A stretch of 64,000 nt of DNA from Verrucomicrobiia bacterium (GCA_036509895.1 DATCEV010000034.1:13437-77436), one strand, 5' to 3'; shown: positions 27,796 through 38,045, numbered from the stretch's first letter. Notes: a model not told the origin generated them from the letters alone. Numbers and translations: made by a program.

Positions 27796-28143
27796 ATGAA
27801 AACAACAATGAAAACCATGCTGGCGCTGCTGGCGCTCGATGCGTCGGCCCTCGCGGTCAACGCGCAGGACGCAACTCCGCCGCAAGGCGGTGATAATTCA
27901 AACGGCCCGCGCCGGCATCATCCGCCGATCCCGGCCATCGTGCTGGCGCTCGACGTGAACCATGACGGCGTGATTGACTCGAATGAGATCGCTAACGCGA
28001 GCGCCGAACTGAAGACGCTCGACAAAAATGGCGACGGCCAGTTGGAGCGCGATGAATACATGGGCAAACGTCCCGGACCGCCGCCTAATTCCGACGGAAA
28101 CAATGCCGGTTCACCGCCGGATGGCGCGCCACCAACACAATAA
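27796..28143 (+). CDS. Secreted EF-hand pair protein
   Basis: A signal peptide followed by two canonical loops, DVNHDGVIDSNE and DKNGDGQLERDE. Confidence 0.75.
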   Translation: MKTTMKTMLALLALDASALAVNAQDATPPQGGDNSNGPRRHHPPIPAIVLALDVNHDGVIDSNEIANASAELKTLDKNGDGQLERDEYMGKRPGPPPNSDGNNAGSPPDGAPPTQ

Positions 28144-28163
28144 AAACGTTCGCCAAAACGGAA

Positions 28164-28205
28164 AGCGGCGGAAGGCTGTAAAAGTTTTCCGCCGCTGATT
28201 ATTTT
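28164..28205 (+). terminator. Intrinsic terminator candidate after the EF-hand gene
   Basis: Stem agcggcggaa (28164-28173) / ttccgccgct (28187-28196), followed by gattatttt. Confidence 0.45.
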
Positions 28206-28250
28206 AAGACACGGTTTTAAACCGTCGCTTAAAAATGCGAGGCGTAAAAT

Positions 28251-29456
28251 TTATTTTTTCCGGCAAAGAAAATTCCAGGCAAAAAAACTCGTCAACAGTG
28301 CAATCCCGCCGCAAATCAAATAAGGCAGCGACGGTTTCACAAAAAACAAGGTGCTGGCGAAAATCGGGCCGAGAATCCGGGCGAGCGCGCTGAAACTTTG
28401 GGCAACGCCAAGATTCGCGCCTTGTTCGTGCGGCGATGAACTTAACGAGATCATGCCAAAAACCGGCGGGCGGTTCAGTCCCGAACCGATGGCGAGCAGC
28501 GCGAGGACGATTAAAATTTCCGTCAGGCTTTTTGCAAACGGCAACCCGGCAAGGCCGACGGCGAAAATAATCAGGCTGCTGAAAATCAAATTGGGCTCGC
28601 CGAATTTTTTCACGAGTTTGCCGATGACGCCTTGCACGAGCGCGGCGATGACACCGGCGTAAGTGAACAGATAGCCGATGCGATAGTTGAGATTTTTTAC
28701 GCCGCCAGAAAATTCATGTCTCGCCAAAAGCGGAAAGGTGGATTCAAAACAGGTGAAGCAAAATGTCGCGAGAAAAAAAACGCCGATGAGCAGGCCGAGT
28801 TTTGGCTGCGCGAGCGTGTGCGCCCATTGGTTCAATTTTGGCCGCGCGACGACGTGCTCGGAATTTGGCTTCCGGCTTTCGCCGAGGATGAACCAGCCGA
28901 GAATAAAATTTGCGGCGCAAAAACTCGCGGCGACCCAGCCGGGCGCTTGTTTGCTGTGAAAAATTTCAATGGAAAACGCGCCGAGCGCCGGGCCGAAAAT
29001 GAAACCGAGGCCGAACGCCATGCCGATCAAACCCATGCGCGCGGAACGTTTTTCCGGCGGCGAAATGTCGGCAATGTAGGCGGAGGCGACGGACAGGTTC
29101 GCGCCGCAAATTCCCGCGAAAATCCGCGAGGCGAGAATCCAAAGCAAACCAACCGTGCCGCTCATGCCGCACGCGATGGCGAAGAACGCGTAGGAACCGG
29201 CGGCGCCGAGATTGCTGACGAGCATGACGGGGCGGCGGCCGATGCGGTCGGATAATTTTCCCCACGCGGGCGCGAAGAAAAATTGCATCGCGGAAAACGA
29301 CGCGATGATCGCGCCGATGACCAATCCTTTCTGTCTGAACGTCGCGCTGAAATTATCTTCCGCGTAGCCGGGCAGCAGCGGCAGCACGATGCCGAAGCCA
29401 ATGAGGTCAATGAAGACCGACAGGAAAATGACGAGGAGTGACGGTTTGCGTTTCAT
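28251..29456 (-). CDS. MFS transporter (Tet/TCR-like, 12 TM)
   Basis: MKRKPSLLVIFLSVFIDLIGFGIVLPLLP...GKLSDRIGRRPVM (the MFS motif A). I prefer the ATG at 29456 over the TTG at 29462. Confidence 0.85.
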   Translation of the reverse strand: MKRKPSLLVIFLSVFIDLIGFGIVLPLLPGYAEDNFSATFRQKGLVIGAIIASFSAMQFFFAPAWGKLSDRIGRRPVMLVSNLGAAGSYAFFAIACGMSGTVGLLWILASRIFAGICGANLSVASAYIADISPPEKRSARMGLIGMAFGLGFIFGPALGAFSIEIFHSKQAPGWVAASFCAANFILGWFILGESRKPNSEHVVARPKLNQWAHTLAQPKLGLLIGVFFLATFCFTCFESTFPLLARHEFSGGVKNLNYRIGYLFTYAGVIAALVQGVIGKLVKKFGEPNLIFSSLIIFAVGLAGLPFAKSLTEILIVLALLAIGSGLNRPPVFGMISLSSSPHEQGANLGVAQSFSALARILGPIFASTLFFVKPSLPYLICGGIALLTSFFAWNFLCRKK

Positions 29457-29591
29457 TTGCAAAATTGGAGTTTAATTATTGCGGACAGAATTGACAGAGT
29501 TTTCAGAATTAAATTTGGCGGCGAATAACTTTGGGAACAAGATAAACAACTTTGTCTTGCCGTAAATTATACCGCAGAGTTTTCTTGTGCC

Positions 29592-31061
29592 ATGATTGAT
29601 TCCGTTTCCGACAGTGCCGGTGCAGCGGCAGATTTGAAAAAAGCGCGGCGCCAAAAATCGGCGCGCGCGGACGCGCGTCCGAGCGTTGACCGTTTGCCGC
29701 CGCATTCGCCGGAAGCGGAGCAGGGAGTTTTAGGTTGCGCGCTGCTTTCGCCGAACGAGTGCGTGGGCGAGTGCATCGAAAAGCTCAAGGACGACGGCCA
29801 GGAAGTTTTTTACGATCTCCGGCACCAGACGATTTACGAAATGCTGGCGACGATGTTCAATGCGCGCGAGCCGATTGACGTCATCACGCTTCAGCAAAAA
29901 TTAAAGGACAAGCAACTTTTGGAGCAGGTCGGCGGGATCGCGTATCTGGCGCAACTTCAGGATTCGGTCCCGAGCGCGGCGAACCTTTCTTATTATTTGG
30001 AAATTGTCCGCGAAAAATTTTTGCTGCGGAAAATGATTTCGACCTGCACGGATGTCGTCGGGCGGGTTTATGATTATGAAGGCGAAGTGGACGCGCTCAT
30101 GGACGAGGTCGAGCGCGACGTTTTACGGATTTCCGAATCACGCGCGCAAAGCAACGTGATGACGACGAAGGAACTCGTCGGCAAAGCCATCGGGACGATT
30201 GAAAATTATTTCAGCCGCAAAGGCGTGTTGAACGGTTTGGGCACGGGCTTCCCGGATTTGGACCGGATGACGGACGGTTTGCACGGCAGCGAAATGATCG
30301 TGATCGCGGCGCGGCCTTCGATGGGCAAAACGTCGCTGGCGATGAACATGGTGGAACATGTCGTCTTGGAACAAAAATTGCCGGCGGCGGTTTTCAGCCT
30401 GGAAATGAGCGCGGAATCGCTGGTGTTGCGGATGATGTGTTCGATTGCGCGCGTGAATTTGCGGAGCATCCGCGAAGGGTTTATGAGCGAATCGGATTTT
30501 CCGAAATTGACGAGCGCGGCGGGCAAGCTGGCGAACGCGCCATTATTTATTGACGATTCGGCGGGGCTTTCAATTTTACAATTTCGCGCGCGGGCGCGGC
30601 GGCTGCACCAGCAGCACGGCGTGAAGCTTTTCGTGATTGACTACTTGCAATTGCTGCATTCTACTGCGCGGCGTTCGCAGGAAAACCGCCAGCAGGAGAT
30701 CGCCGACATTTCGAGCGGCATCAAGGCATTGGCGAAGGAATTGAAAGTGCCGGTGCTGGTGTTGAGCCAGTTGAACCGCGAACTGGAAAAAGACAAAAGT
30801 CGCAAGCCGCGCCTGTCGGATTTGCGCGAGTCGGGCGCGATTGAACAGGATGCGGACGTGGTGGGTCTGTTATACAAGCCAAATTCAGGCGACGACGAAG
30901 ACGGGGCGACGGCTGAAGAAGCGGATGGTTTGCCGATCAATTTATTGATCGCCAAACAGCGCAACGGCCCGACGGGCGATGTCAATTTAACGTTCTTAAA
31001 ATCTTACACGCGATTTGAAAGCGCAGCCAAAGTCAGTGATGAAGATGTGCCGAACCAATAG
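29592..31061 (+). CDS. dnaB: Replicative DNA helicase DnaB
   Basis: PPHSPEAEQGVLG, Walker A AARPSMGKTS, VIDYLQLL, SQLNRELE, and IIAKQRNGPTG. Confidence 0.95.
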   Translation: MIDSVSDSAGAAADLKKARRQKSARADARPSVDRLPPHSPEAEQGVLGCALLSPNECVGECIEKLKDDGQEVFYDLRHQTIYEMLATMFNAREPIDVITLQQKLKDKQLLEQVGGIAYLAQLQDSVPSAANLSYYLEIVREKFLLRKMISTCTDVVGRVYDYEGEVDALMDEVERDVLRISESRAQSNVMTTKELVGKAIGTIENYFSRKGVLNGLGTGFPDLDRMTDGLHGSEMIVIAARPSMGKTSLAMNMVEHVVLEQKLPAAVFSLEMSAESLVLRMMCSIARVNLRSIREGFMSESDFPKLTSAAGKLANAPLFIDDSAGLSILQFRARARRLHQQHGVKLFVIDYLQLLHSTARRSQENRQQEIADISSGIKALAKELKVPVLVLSQLNRELEKDKSRKPRLSDLRESGAIEQDADVVGLLYKPNSGDDEDGATAEEADGLPINLLIAKQRNGPTGDVNLTFLKSYTRFESAAKVSDEDVPNQ

Positions 31062-31064
31062 ACG

Positions 31065-33512
31065 ATGAAAGCCATTTTTCGCCTTTTGGGAATCTGGCTG
31101 TTGCTTGGTTGCGCCATCGCGCGGGCGCAGACTGCGAGTCCGAAAATTGACCGGGTGGACATCAAGTTCGTCGGGCCGGCGGCGGTCAGCGAGCAATTCA
31201 TCCGCGCCAATTTGCGCGTCAAGGCCGGTGAGACTTACCTTCCCAACTCCACGCAGGACGACGTGCATTCGCTTTACACGACCGGACAATTTTACAACAT
31301 CCGCGTGACGGTGGATCAGGCGGACGACGGCGGCGTCATTTTGACTTTCATCGTGCAAGCGCGTCCGCGCATCACGGAAATCAGGATCGTTGGCAATAAA
31401 AAATTGTCGGATTCCAAGTTGAAGAAAAAAATCACGGTGAAAGTGGGCGAGCCGCTGGACGAGGAGAAATTGTTCACCGACGTGCAGGAAATGAAAAAGC
31501 TCTACGAAAAATACGGGCATCCTGACACGCAAATAAAATACGTCCTGAACATTGACGAGAATGCCGGGCGCGGAACGGTCACTTTCGAGATCGCGGAAAC
31601 ACCGAAGGTTGAGATCAAAAAAATCGAGTTCATCGGCGCGGCGGCGTTCTCGCAAAAAGAATTGCGCAAACAGATCAAGACTTCCCGGCACCGCTGGTAT
31701 TCGTGGATCACGGGCAGCGGCGTTTTCAAGCAGGACGAGTTTGACGATGACCGCGACCAGTTGGTGGATTTTTATCGCAACCACGGTTATCTCGATTTTG
31801 AGATCAAGGACGTGCAGTTCGTTCATCCGACGACCAATATTTTGATCCTCCGTTTTTATATTTACGAAGGGCGGCAATACAAAGTCGGTTCCATTAAATT
31901 CACCGGCAATTCGATTTTTAACGACGCCGCCATCCGCGCCGGATTGCAGGCCGATCATGATTTTGAACACGCCAAAGGCAAGCTCGGCGCGCATGGTTTG
32001 CCGATGGACGCGGGCGATATTTTTACGCCCGACGGTTTGAACAAAGACACGCAGGCGTTGCAGGATTTTTATGGCAGCAAAGGTTATATTGACGTGGCGC
32101 AAGGCCCAACGCTGCGCGTCCTGCGCATTCCCAACGTGGACACCGGCACGATGGACTTGGAATTTCAGATTGATGAAGGTGAGAAATCCTATGTGGAAAA
32201 AATCAATATCCGTGGCAACGTAAAGACCAAGGATAAAGTCATCCGCCGCGAACTGGCGATCTCGCCCGGCGAAACCTTTGACATGGTGCGCGTGAAAATC
32301 AGCAAAGAGCGTCTGGAAAATCTGGACTATTTTGACAAAGTCGAAATGGAGCCGGAGCCGACCGACCCGCCGATTGCCGGGCGCAAAAATCTGGACGTGG
32401 ACGTGGAAGAAAAAAACACAGGCAACCTGACTTTTGGCGCGGGCTTCAGCACCGTGGACGCGCTCGTCGGCTACGTCGAATTGACGCAGGGCAATTTTGA
32501 TTTGTTCCATCCGCCGAATTTCACCGGCGGCGGCCAGAAATTCCGCCTGAAAATCCAATTGGGAACCGAGCGGCAGGATTATGAAATGTCGTTCATCGAG
32601 CCGTGGTTTTTGAATCGCAAACTTGCCCTCGGCGTTGACCTCTACCGTCACCAGTTGGATTTTGAAAGTCCGAATAATATTTTCAATGAAACGCAAACCG
32701 GCATGAAATTAAGCCTGACGCGCGCATTGTGGAGCGATTTTTTTCGCGGCAGCGTCAGTTACACGGTGGAAGACGTGGGCATTGATTTGAATTCGCCTTA
32801 TCATGGTCCCAAACTCATTGCCGATCCCGTTCCCACGCAAGAAGCGCCGAATGTTCCCAACGCGATCCTCGAGCAACGCGGCGATCATTTTTATCAACGT
32901 CTCGGCACGACGCTCGCCTACGACACGCGCAACAGTGATAAATTGCCCAATCACGGCCAGCGCAGCGAGCTGGACACCGAATTCAGCATCGGCGACAAAA
33001 ATTATTACAAGATCGAAGCCAAAACCGATTGGTTTTTCCCCGGATTTTTCAAAGGCCACGTCATCGAAGCCAGCGGACGCGCCGGCGTCACCGAATCTGT
33101 GGACCCCGGCGACGTGCCGTTTTACGACCGTTATTATCTCGGCGGTTTGTATTCCCTGCGCGGTTTCAAATACCGCAACGTCGCGCCGCGCCAACCGGGA
33201 TTTTTTGGCGTGGACGAACCCATCGGCGGCGACACTTTATTATTTGGCTCGCTCGAATACAGCCTGCCCCTTTTTGAAAAAGATGGCGGACTCGGCGTGC
33301 GCTTCGCGCTCTTTTACGATGTCGGCGCGGTCGGCGCCCAACCTTATTCCATTCCCGACGATTACGACGATAACTGGGGTTTGGGTTTTCGCCTGAACAT
33401 TCCGCATCTTGGGCCGTTGCGATTGGATTACGGCATCCCGATCCATCACGATAAATTCAACGGCTCGGGCGGCCAATTCCAATTCGGCGTCGGTTACACC
33501 CGTGAATTTTAA
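31065..33512 (+). CDS. bamA: Outer membrane protein assembly factor BamA
   Basis: A signal peptide, then five POTRA-like repeats (I..I.F.GN..., ...IEGxxY.V) and a C-terminal Omp85 barrel ending ...QFQFGVGYTREF. Confidence 0.9.
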   Translation: MKAIFRLLGIWLLLGCAIARAQTASPKIDRVDIKFVGPAAVSEQFIRANLRVKAGETYLPNSTQDDVHSLYTTGQFYNIRVTVDQADDGGVILTFIVQARPRITEIRIVGNKKLSDSKLKKKITVKVGEPLDEEKLFTDVQEMKKLYEKYGHPDTQIKYVLNIDENAGRGTVTFEIAETPKVEIKKIEFIGAAAFSQKELRKQIKTSRHRWYSWITGSGVFKQDEFDDDRDQLVDFYRNHGYLDFEIKDVQFVHPTTNILILRFYIYEGRQYKVGSIKFTGNSIFNDAAIRAGLQADHDFEHAKGKLGAHGLPMDAGDIFTPDGLNKDTQALQDFYGSKGYIDVAQGPTLRVLRIPNVDTGTMDLEFQIDEGEKSYVEKINIRGNVKTKDKVIRRELAISPGETFDMVRVKISKERLENLDYFDKVEMEPEPTDPPIAGRKNLDVDVEEKNTGNLTFGAGFSTVDALVGYVELTQGNFDLFHPPNFTGGGQKFRLKIQLGTERQDYEMSFIEPWFLNRKLALGVDLYRHQLDFESPNNIFNETQTGMKLSLTRALWSDFFRGSVSYTVEDVGIDLNSPYHGPKLIADPVPTQEAPNVPNAILEQRGDHFYQRLGTTLAYDTRNSDKLPNHGQRSELDTEFSIGDKNYYKIEAKTDWFFPGFFKGHVIEASGRAGVTESVDPGDVPFYDRYYLGGLYSLRGFKYRNVAPRQPGFFGVDEPIGGDTLLFGSLEYSLPLFEKDGGLGVRFALFYDVGAVGAQPYSIPDDYDDNWGLGFRLNIPHLGPLRLDYGIPIHHDKFNGSGGQFQFGVGYTREF

Positions 33513-33513
33513 C

Positions 33514-36500
33514 ATGAATTTTCGCGCAACATTTTTTACGGTTTTGAAACTCGCCGGCTTCGCCAGTTGCGTGACCGCGTTCACCGCTGTGGCGCAAACC
33601 GCCGCGTCTTTTGGCAACCTGCCGCTTTATTTTGAAGCCGGTTCCGCCGCTCAATTTATTGCGCGCGGCAGCGACGCCGAATTTTCCATTTCGCCCGCGC
33701 ATGCGCAATTCGCCCTGCGCAAATCCGATTCCCTTCGCGCCGTCCAAATGCAATTTATCGGCGCAAATCCGAACGCAAAAATTTCCGGCGGCTCGGAATT
33801 TTCCGGCAAAATAAATTATTTGACCGGCAATGATCCCGCGCAATGGCGTTCGCAAATTCCGACCTTCGCCCAAGTCTGCGTCGGCCAGATTTATTCCGGC
33901 ATCAATTTGATCTATTATGGAAATCAAAGACAGTTGGAATACGATTTCACCATTGCGCCCGGCGCCAATCCTAACGCCATTGCCATCCGTTTTGAGGGCG
34001 CGGATAAAATTTCCGTCAACGCCGGCGGCGAACTGATTTTGAAATTGGGCGGGAACGAAATCATCCAGCCCGCGCCGGAAATTTATCAAACGGCCAAGGG
34101 CGCGCGGAAAGAAATTTCCGGCGGCTACAAAATTTTGGACGATGGCGCCGTCGCCTTTTCCGTTGGCAAATATGATTCCGCGCAGCCGCTGGTGATTGAT
34201 CCCATTTTGAGTTACTCGACTTATTTTGGCGGCACTTTGGGCGAGACCGCCTGGGCGATTGCCCTGGACAAAAATGACCGTTCGATTTACGTCGCCGGCG
34301 AAACGTTCTCCCAACATTTTACGACCAATAATCTTCCCTTTTCGACGCCCGGCGCGTTCCAGACAAATTTTGCGGGCGGCAAATTGACCGGCGATGCTTT
34401 CGTCGCCAAGTTTGACAACTCCGGCACCAACCTGATTTATTTGACGTATCTCGGCGGCAGCGCGGATGACGGCGCGTTGAGCGTGGCCGTGGATAATTCC
34501 GGCAATGCCTACCTGACCGGCTTCACCGATTCGCCAAATTTTCCGGTCGCCAACCGTTCGCCCGGCGGCGTTTCTGGAATTGCCAATTCCACCAACCTCA
34601 GCGGAACTTTCAACCAGGCTTATGGTTCTTATCCGGTGGACGCTTTTGTTGCGGAATTAAATACGAATGGTTCGGAGTTGGTTTATTCGACTTATCTGGG
34701 CGGTTCGAGCATGGACGCCGGTTTGGGCATCGCCGTGGACAATTCCGGCAATGCGTATGTGGCCGGTTATACTTATTCCACAAATTTTCCGACGGCCAAC
34801 GCGGTGCAAAATCGTTTTGCCGCGACCAATTCATTTTACAACAATGCCAATGCGTTTGTGGCGGAAATTTCCAGCGGCGGCGGCGCGCTCGTTTTTTCCA
34901 CTTATCTTGGCGGCACAAATTTTGACGAGGCCAAAGGCATTGCCGTGGATGCCAGCGGATATATTTATGTGACCGGCTTCACCAGTTCGACCAATTTTCC
35001 GGCGACCAATTTCATCAGCCAGACTTTCACGAATTTGTTGGGCACGAATTTCTATCGCGGTTCTTCGCTGGGCGGCGCGGAGAAAAAAGTTTTTCCGACC
35101 GATGCGTTTGTCACAAAATATAATCCGTCCGGCAACGGTTACGTCTATTCCACTTATTTGGGCGGCACCAACGACGACATCGGAAACGGCATCGCCGCCG
35201 ACGCGGCGGGTTGCGCGTATGTGACCGGCTCTTCGGATTCGCCCGGCTTTCCGTTCACGCTCACGAATTATTCCTTCGTGGCGACCAATACGCGCGTCAT
35301 CGGTTTGGTGACCAATGCTTTTCTGACGAAGATCGGCGCGTTCGGCACCAACATCATTTACTCCACGCTTTTTGGCGGCGGCTTGAACCATCGCGGGGGA
35401 GCGACCGACGTCGGCAATGGCGTCGCGATTGATGCGCTGGGAAATGCCTTTGTCATCGGCACGGAAAATTCGACCAATTTTCCCATTTATAATAATTCTG
35501 GATTTTTGCGCTCAACAAATTCCGGCGGCAAAACCGGAACCCTGGATGTTTTTGTGACGGCCTTCAACACAAATGCCTCGGCATTGCTTTATTCGGTTTT
35601 GCTCGGCGGCGCGCAAGACGATTACGGCTATGGCATCGCCGTGGACGCGGCGCACGATGCGTATATCGTCGGGCAAACTCTCTCGACCAATTTTCCGACG
35701 CTTGATGCCTTTCAAGCGAAACGCAACGGCACCAACGATGCTTTTCTCGCGGAAATCGTTTTCACCGCCACGCCGCCGCAAATCACCACCGAGCCGACGA
35801 ACCAGTTGATCGAAACCGGAAGCCTGGCGAGCTTTGTGACGACGGCGACCGGGTCGCAGCCGTTGATTTATCAATGGCAGTTGAACGGAACGAATCTCAT
35901 GAATGGAACAAACCGCAATGGCTCAACCATCAGCGGCGCCACGAATGCCACCCTGTTCATCAGCGACGCGCAAACCAATGACAGCGGAAATTATTTTGTC
36001 ATCATCACAAATGTTGCCGGATCAGTGACAAGCTCCGTTGCGGTCCTGACCGTTACGAGCGCGCCGTTTCTTACGACGCAACCCACGAACCAGACAGTCG
36101 TGATTGGTTCAACTGCGACCTTCAATATCAATGGATTTGCGACCCCGCCTTACTTTTTGCAGTGGCTCAAAGACGGAACCGGTCTGACGAATGGAACAAA
36201 CGCGAGTGGTTCAATCATCAGCGGCTCGTCCAGTCCCACATTGACCATCAGCAACGTGCAAACCAACGATGAAGGGAATTATTCGGTGGCGCTCACCAAT
36301 AATTGGGGAGCCACCACGAGTTTGGTGGCCACGCTGACGGTGCTGCTGGGGCCAAGTTTTACGAGCATCGCTGCGGCAAACGATGGCAGTGGAGATTTTA
36401 TCTTGAACGGTTTTGGCGGCAAGGGCAGCGGCACTTATTTTGTGTTGACCTCGACGAATCTTGCGACGCCCTTGGATTTGTGGACGCCCATTGCGACCAA

Positions 36501-36594
36501 TCAATTCGGCAGCCAGGGCCAGTTTATTTTTACCACCGCGCCGGTCACGAACGCTGCACAACAGTTTTATCTTTTGCAAATGCCCTCGCCATGA
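33514..36594 (+). CDS. Secreted SBBP beta-propeller-repeat protein with three Ig-like (I-set-like) domains
   Basis: ATG at 33514 (MNFRATFFTVLKLAGFAS...). There are many repeats of the form DAFVAK...G..L.YSTYLGG...D.G.GIAVD..GNAYV.G.T.S.NFP. The C-terminal segments are PxITTEPTNQ...G...F...A.G..P..YQW..NG, three times. Confidence 0.75.
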   Translation: MNFRATFFTVLKLAGFASCVTAFTAVAQTAASFGNLPLYFEAGSAAQFIARGSDAEFSISPAHAQFALRKSDSLRAVQMQFIGANPNAKISGGSEFSGKINYLTGNDPAQWRSQIPTFAQVCVGQIYSGINLIYYGNQRQLEYDFTIAPGANPNAIAIRFEGADKISVNAGGELILKLGGNEIIQPAPEIYQTAKGARKEISGGYKILDDGAVAFSVGKYDSAQPLVIDPILSYSTYFGGTLGETAWAIALDKNDRSIYVAGETFSQHFTTNNLPFSTPGAFQTNFAGGKLTGDAFVAKFDNSGTNLIYLTYLGGSADDGALSVAVDNSGNAYLTGFTDSPNFPVANRSPGGVSGIANSTNLSGTFNQAYGSYPVDAFVAELNTNGSELVYSTYLGGSSMDAGLGIAVDNSGNAYVAGYTYSTNFPTANAVQNRFAATNSFYNNANAFVAEISSGGGALVFSTYLGGTNFDEAKGIAVDASGYIYVTGFTSSTNFPATNFISQTFTNLLGTNFYRGSSLGGAEKKVFPTDAFVTKYNPSGNGYVYSTYLGGTNDDIGNGIAADAAGCAYVTGSSDSPGFPFTLTNYSFVATNTRVIGLVTNAFLTKIGAFGTNIIYSTLFGGGLNHRGGATDVGNGVAIDALGNAFVIGTENSTNFPIYNNSGFLRSTNSGGKTGTLDVFVTAFNTNASALLYSVLLGGAQDDYGYGIAVDAAHDAYIVGQTLSTNFPTLDAFQAKRNGTNDAFLAEIVFTATPPQITTEPTNQLIETGSLASFVTTATGSQPLIYQWQLNGTNLMNGTNRNGSTISGATNATLFISDAQTNDSGNYFVIITNVAGSVTSSVAVLTVTSAPFLTTQPTNQTVVIGSTATFNINGFATPPYFLQWLKDGTGLTNGTNASGSIISGSSSPTLTISNVQTNDEGNYSVALTNNWGATTSLVATLTVLLGPSFTSIAAANDGSGDFILNGFGGKGSGTYFVLTSTNLATPLDLWTPIATNQFGSQGQFIFTTAPVTNAAQQFYLLQMPSP

Positions 36595-36656
36595 TTAAAG
36601 CCGGGACCTGTCAGTTTTAAGTTGGCTTTGCCGGTGAATTTTGTTTTCCTGTCTTT

Positions 36657-37298
36657 ATGAAATTTTTTTTACGAAGGATGCTGCCGGCGGTTTTGTTGAT
36701 GACTTTTTTAAGCGGCTCCGCGCTGGCGCAAACCAAAATCGCCACGGTGGATATGAAAAAACTTTTCGACAATTATTGGAAGACCAAACAGGCGCAGATT
36801 GTCATTCAAGACCGCGCCGCGCAGTTGGACAAGGACGATAAAAGCATGAAGGACGATTTGAAAAAAGGCAGCGACGAATATGAAAAACTTTTGCAGCAGG
36901 CCAATGACCAGGCGATTTCCGCCGATGAACGCGACAAGCGCAAGCAGGCCGCCGACGCCAAGCTGAAACAGTTGCAGGATTCCAAAGCCGCCATTGATCA
37001 ATATGAACGTCAGGCGCAAACGACGCTGGGCGAGCAGCGCCAGCGGATGCGCGAAAGCATTCTTACAGAAATCAAAGCCGCCATCACCACCAAAGCCAAA
37101 GCCAACGGCGATTCGCTGGTCTTTGACGCGGCGGCGGAAACGGTCAACGGAACGATGGCGATCATTTATAGCAACGGAGACAATGACATGACTGCCGAGA
37201 TTCTCGCCCAGATCAACGCGGGCGCGCCGATTGACATGAACAAGCCGGCGGCGACGGGCACGACACCGCCGCCCTTGAATTCGTCCGGCACTCCCTAG
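36657..37298 (+). CDS. skp: OmpH/Skp-family periplasmic chaperone
   Basis: A signal peptide, then KIATVDMKKLFDNYWKTKQA and a long coiled Lys/Gln/Asp-rich arm. It sits downstream of bamA. Confidence 0.8.
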   Translation: MKFFLRRMLPAVLLMTFLSGSALAQTKIATVDMKKLFDNYWKTKQAQIVIQDRAAQLDKDDKSMKDDLKKGSDEYEKLLQQANDQAISADERDKRKQAADAKLKQLQDSKAAIDQYERQAQTTLGEQRQRMRESILTEIKAAITTKAKANGDSLVFDAAAETVNGTMAIIYSNGDNDMTAEILAQINAGAPIDMNKPAATGTTPPPLNSSGTP

Positions 37299-37324
37299 TT
37301 GGCCGCCTTATTCCAAAATCACGC

Positions 37325-37353
37325 TTGCGCTGCCCGCGTTCGTTGCGTATAGT
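37325..37353 (+). promoter_or_regulatory. Candidate sigma-70 promoter of rpmI-rplT
   Basis: TTGCGC (37325-37330), a 17-nt spacer, then TATAGT (37348-37353). Confidence 0.35.
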
Positions 37354-37382
37354 GCGCGCCCTTTTGCAATTAAAATAAATTT

Positions 37383-37592
37383 ATGCGACGTCCCAAAGGC
37401 ATCAAAACGAAAAAGTCCGTGGCCAAACGATTCAAGATCACCGGCACCGGAAAAGTCATGCGCTCGCGCGCCGGTCGCCGCCATCTGGCGCAAACCAAAA
37501 ATTCCAAGCGCCTGCGCAGCCTCGGCAAATCCGTCGTCGTGGACAAGACCGACACCTATCGCATCACGCAAAGTCTGCCGTTCAGCCATTAA
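37383..37592 (+). CDS. rpmI: 50S ribosomal protein L35
   Basis: ...KTKKSVAKRFKITGTGKVMRSRAGRRHL...K..K..R.L matches the L35 pattern. Confidence 0.9.
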   Translation: MRRPKGIKTKKSVAKRFKITGTGKVMRSRAGRRHLAQTKNSKRLRSLGKSVVVDKTDTYRITQSLPFSH

Positions 37593-37597
37593 ATTTT

Positions 37598-37981
37598 ATG
37601 CGAGTAACCAATTCTCCCGCTTCCCGCAAACGCCGCAAACGGATGCTTACCGCTGCGAAAGGTTTTCGCCTCAAGCGTTCCAAACTTTATCGCTACGCCA
37701 GCGACGCCGTGGATCATGGCCGTCAATATGCCTATCGCGACCGCCGCGTCAAAAAACGCACGTTTCGTTACCTCTGGCAAATCCGCATCAACGCCGCCGC
37801 CCGCGCCGCCGGCCTGACTTACAGCCGTTTTATGGAAGGACTCAAAGCCGCGAAATGTCCGCTCGACCGGAAAATTCTCGCCGACATCGCCGCGCAAGAT
37901 GCGACCGCGTTTGGCGAACTGGTCAACCTCGCCAAAGGGGCGCTGAAAAACAAGCCCGCCGCAACTTTGGCAAAAGCGTAG
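37598..37981 (+). CDS. rplT: 50S ribosomal protein L20
   Basis: MRVTNSPASRKRRKRMLTAAKGFR...YAYRDRRVKKRTFRYLWQIRINAAAR is the L20 signature. Confidence 0.95.
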   Translation: MRVTNSPASRKRRKRMLTAAKGFRLKRSKLYRYASDAVDHGRQYAYRDRRVKKRTFRYLWQIRINAAARAAGLTYSRFMEGLKAAKCPLDRKILADIAAQDATAFGELVNLAKGALKNKPAATLAKA

Positions 37982-38007
37982 AAGAAATTTAGATTTGAAA
38001 ATTCAAT

Positions 38008-38045
38008 AACGGGCGGCCTGAAAAGGTTCGCCCGTTTTTCTTTTC
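38008..38045 (+). terminator. Intrinsic terminator between rplT and pheS
   Basis: Stem aacgggcg (38008-38015) / cgcccgtt (38029-38036), followed by ttttcttttctt. Confidence 0.5.

Noticed and set aside
30996-32696. 566-aa minus-strand ORF.
   Set aside because: It is antisense to bamA (clear POTRA/Omp85 protein) and has no motifs of its own.
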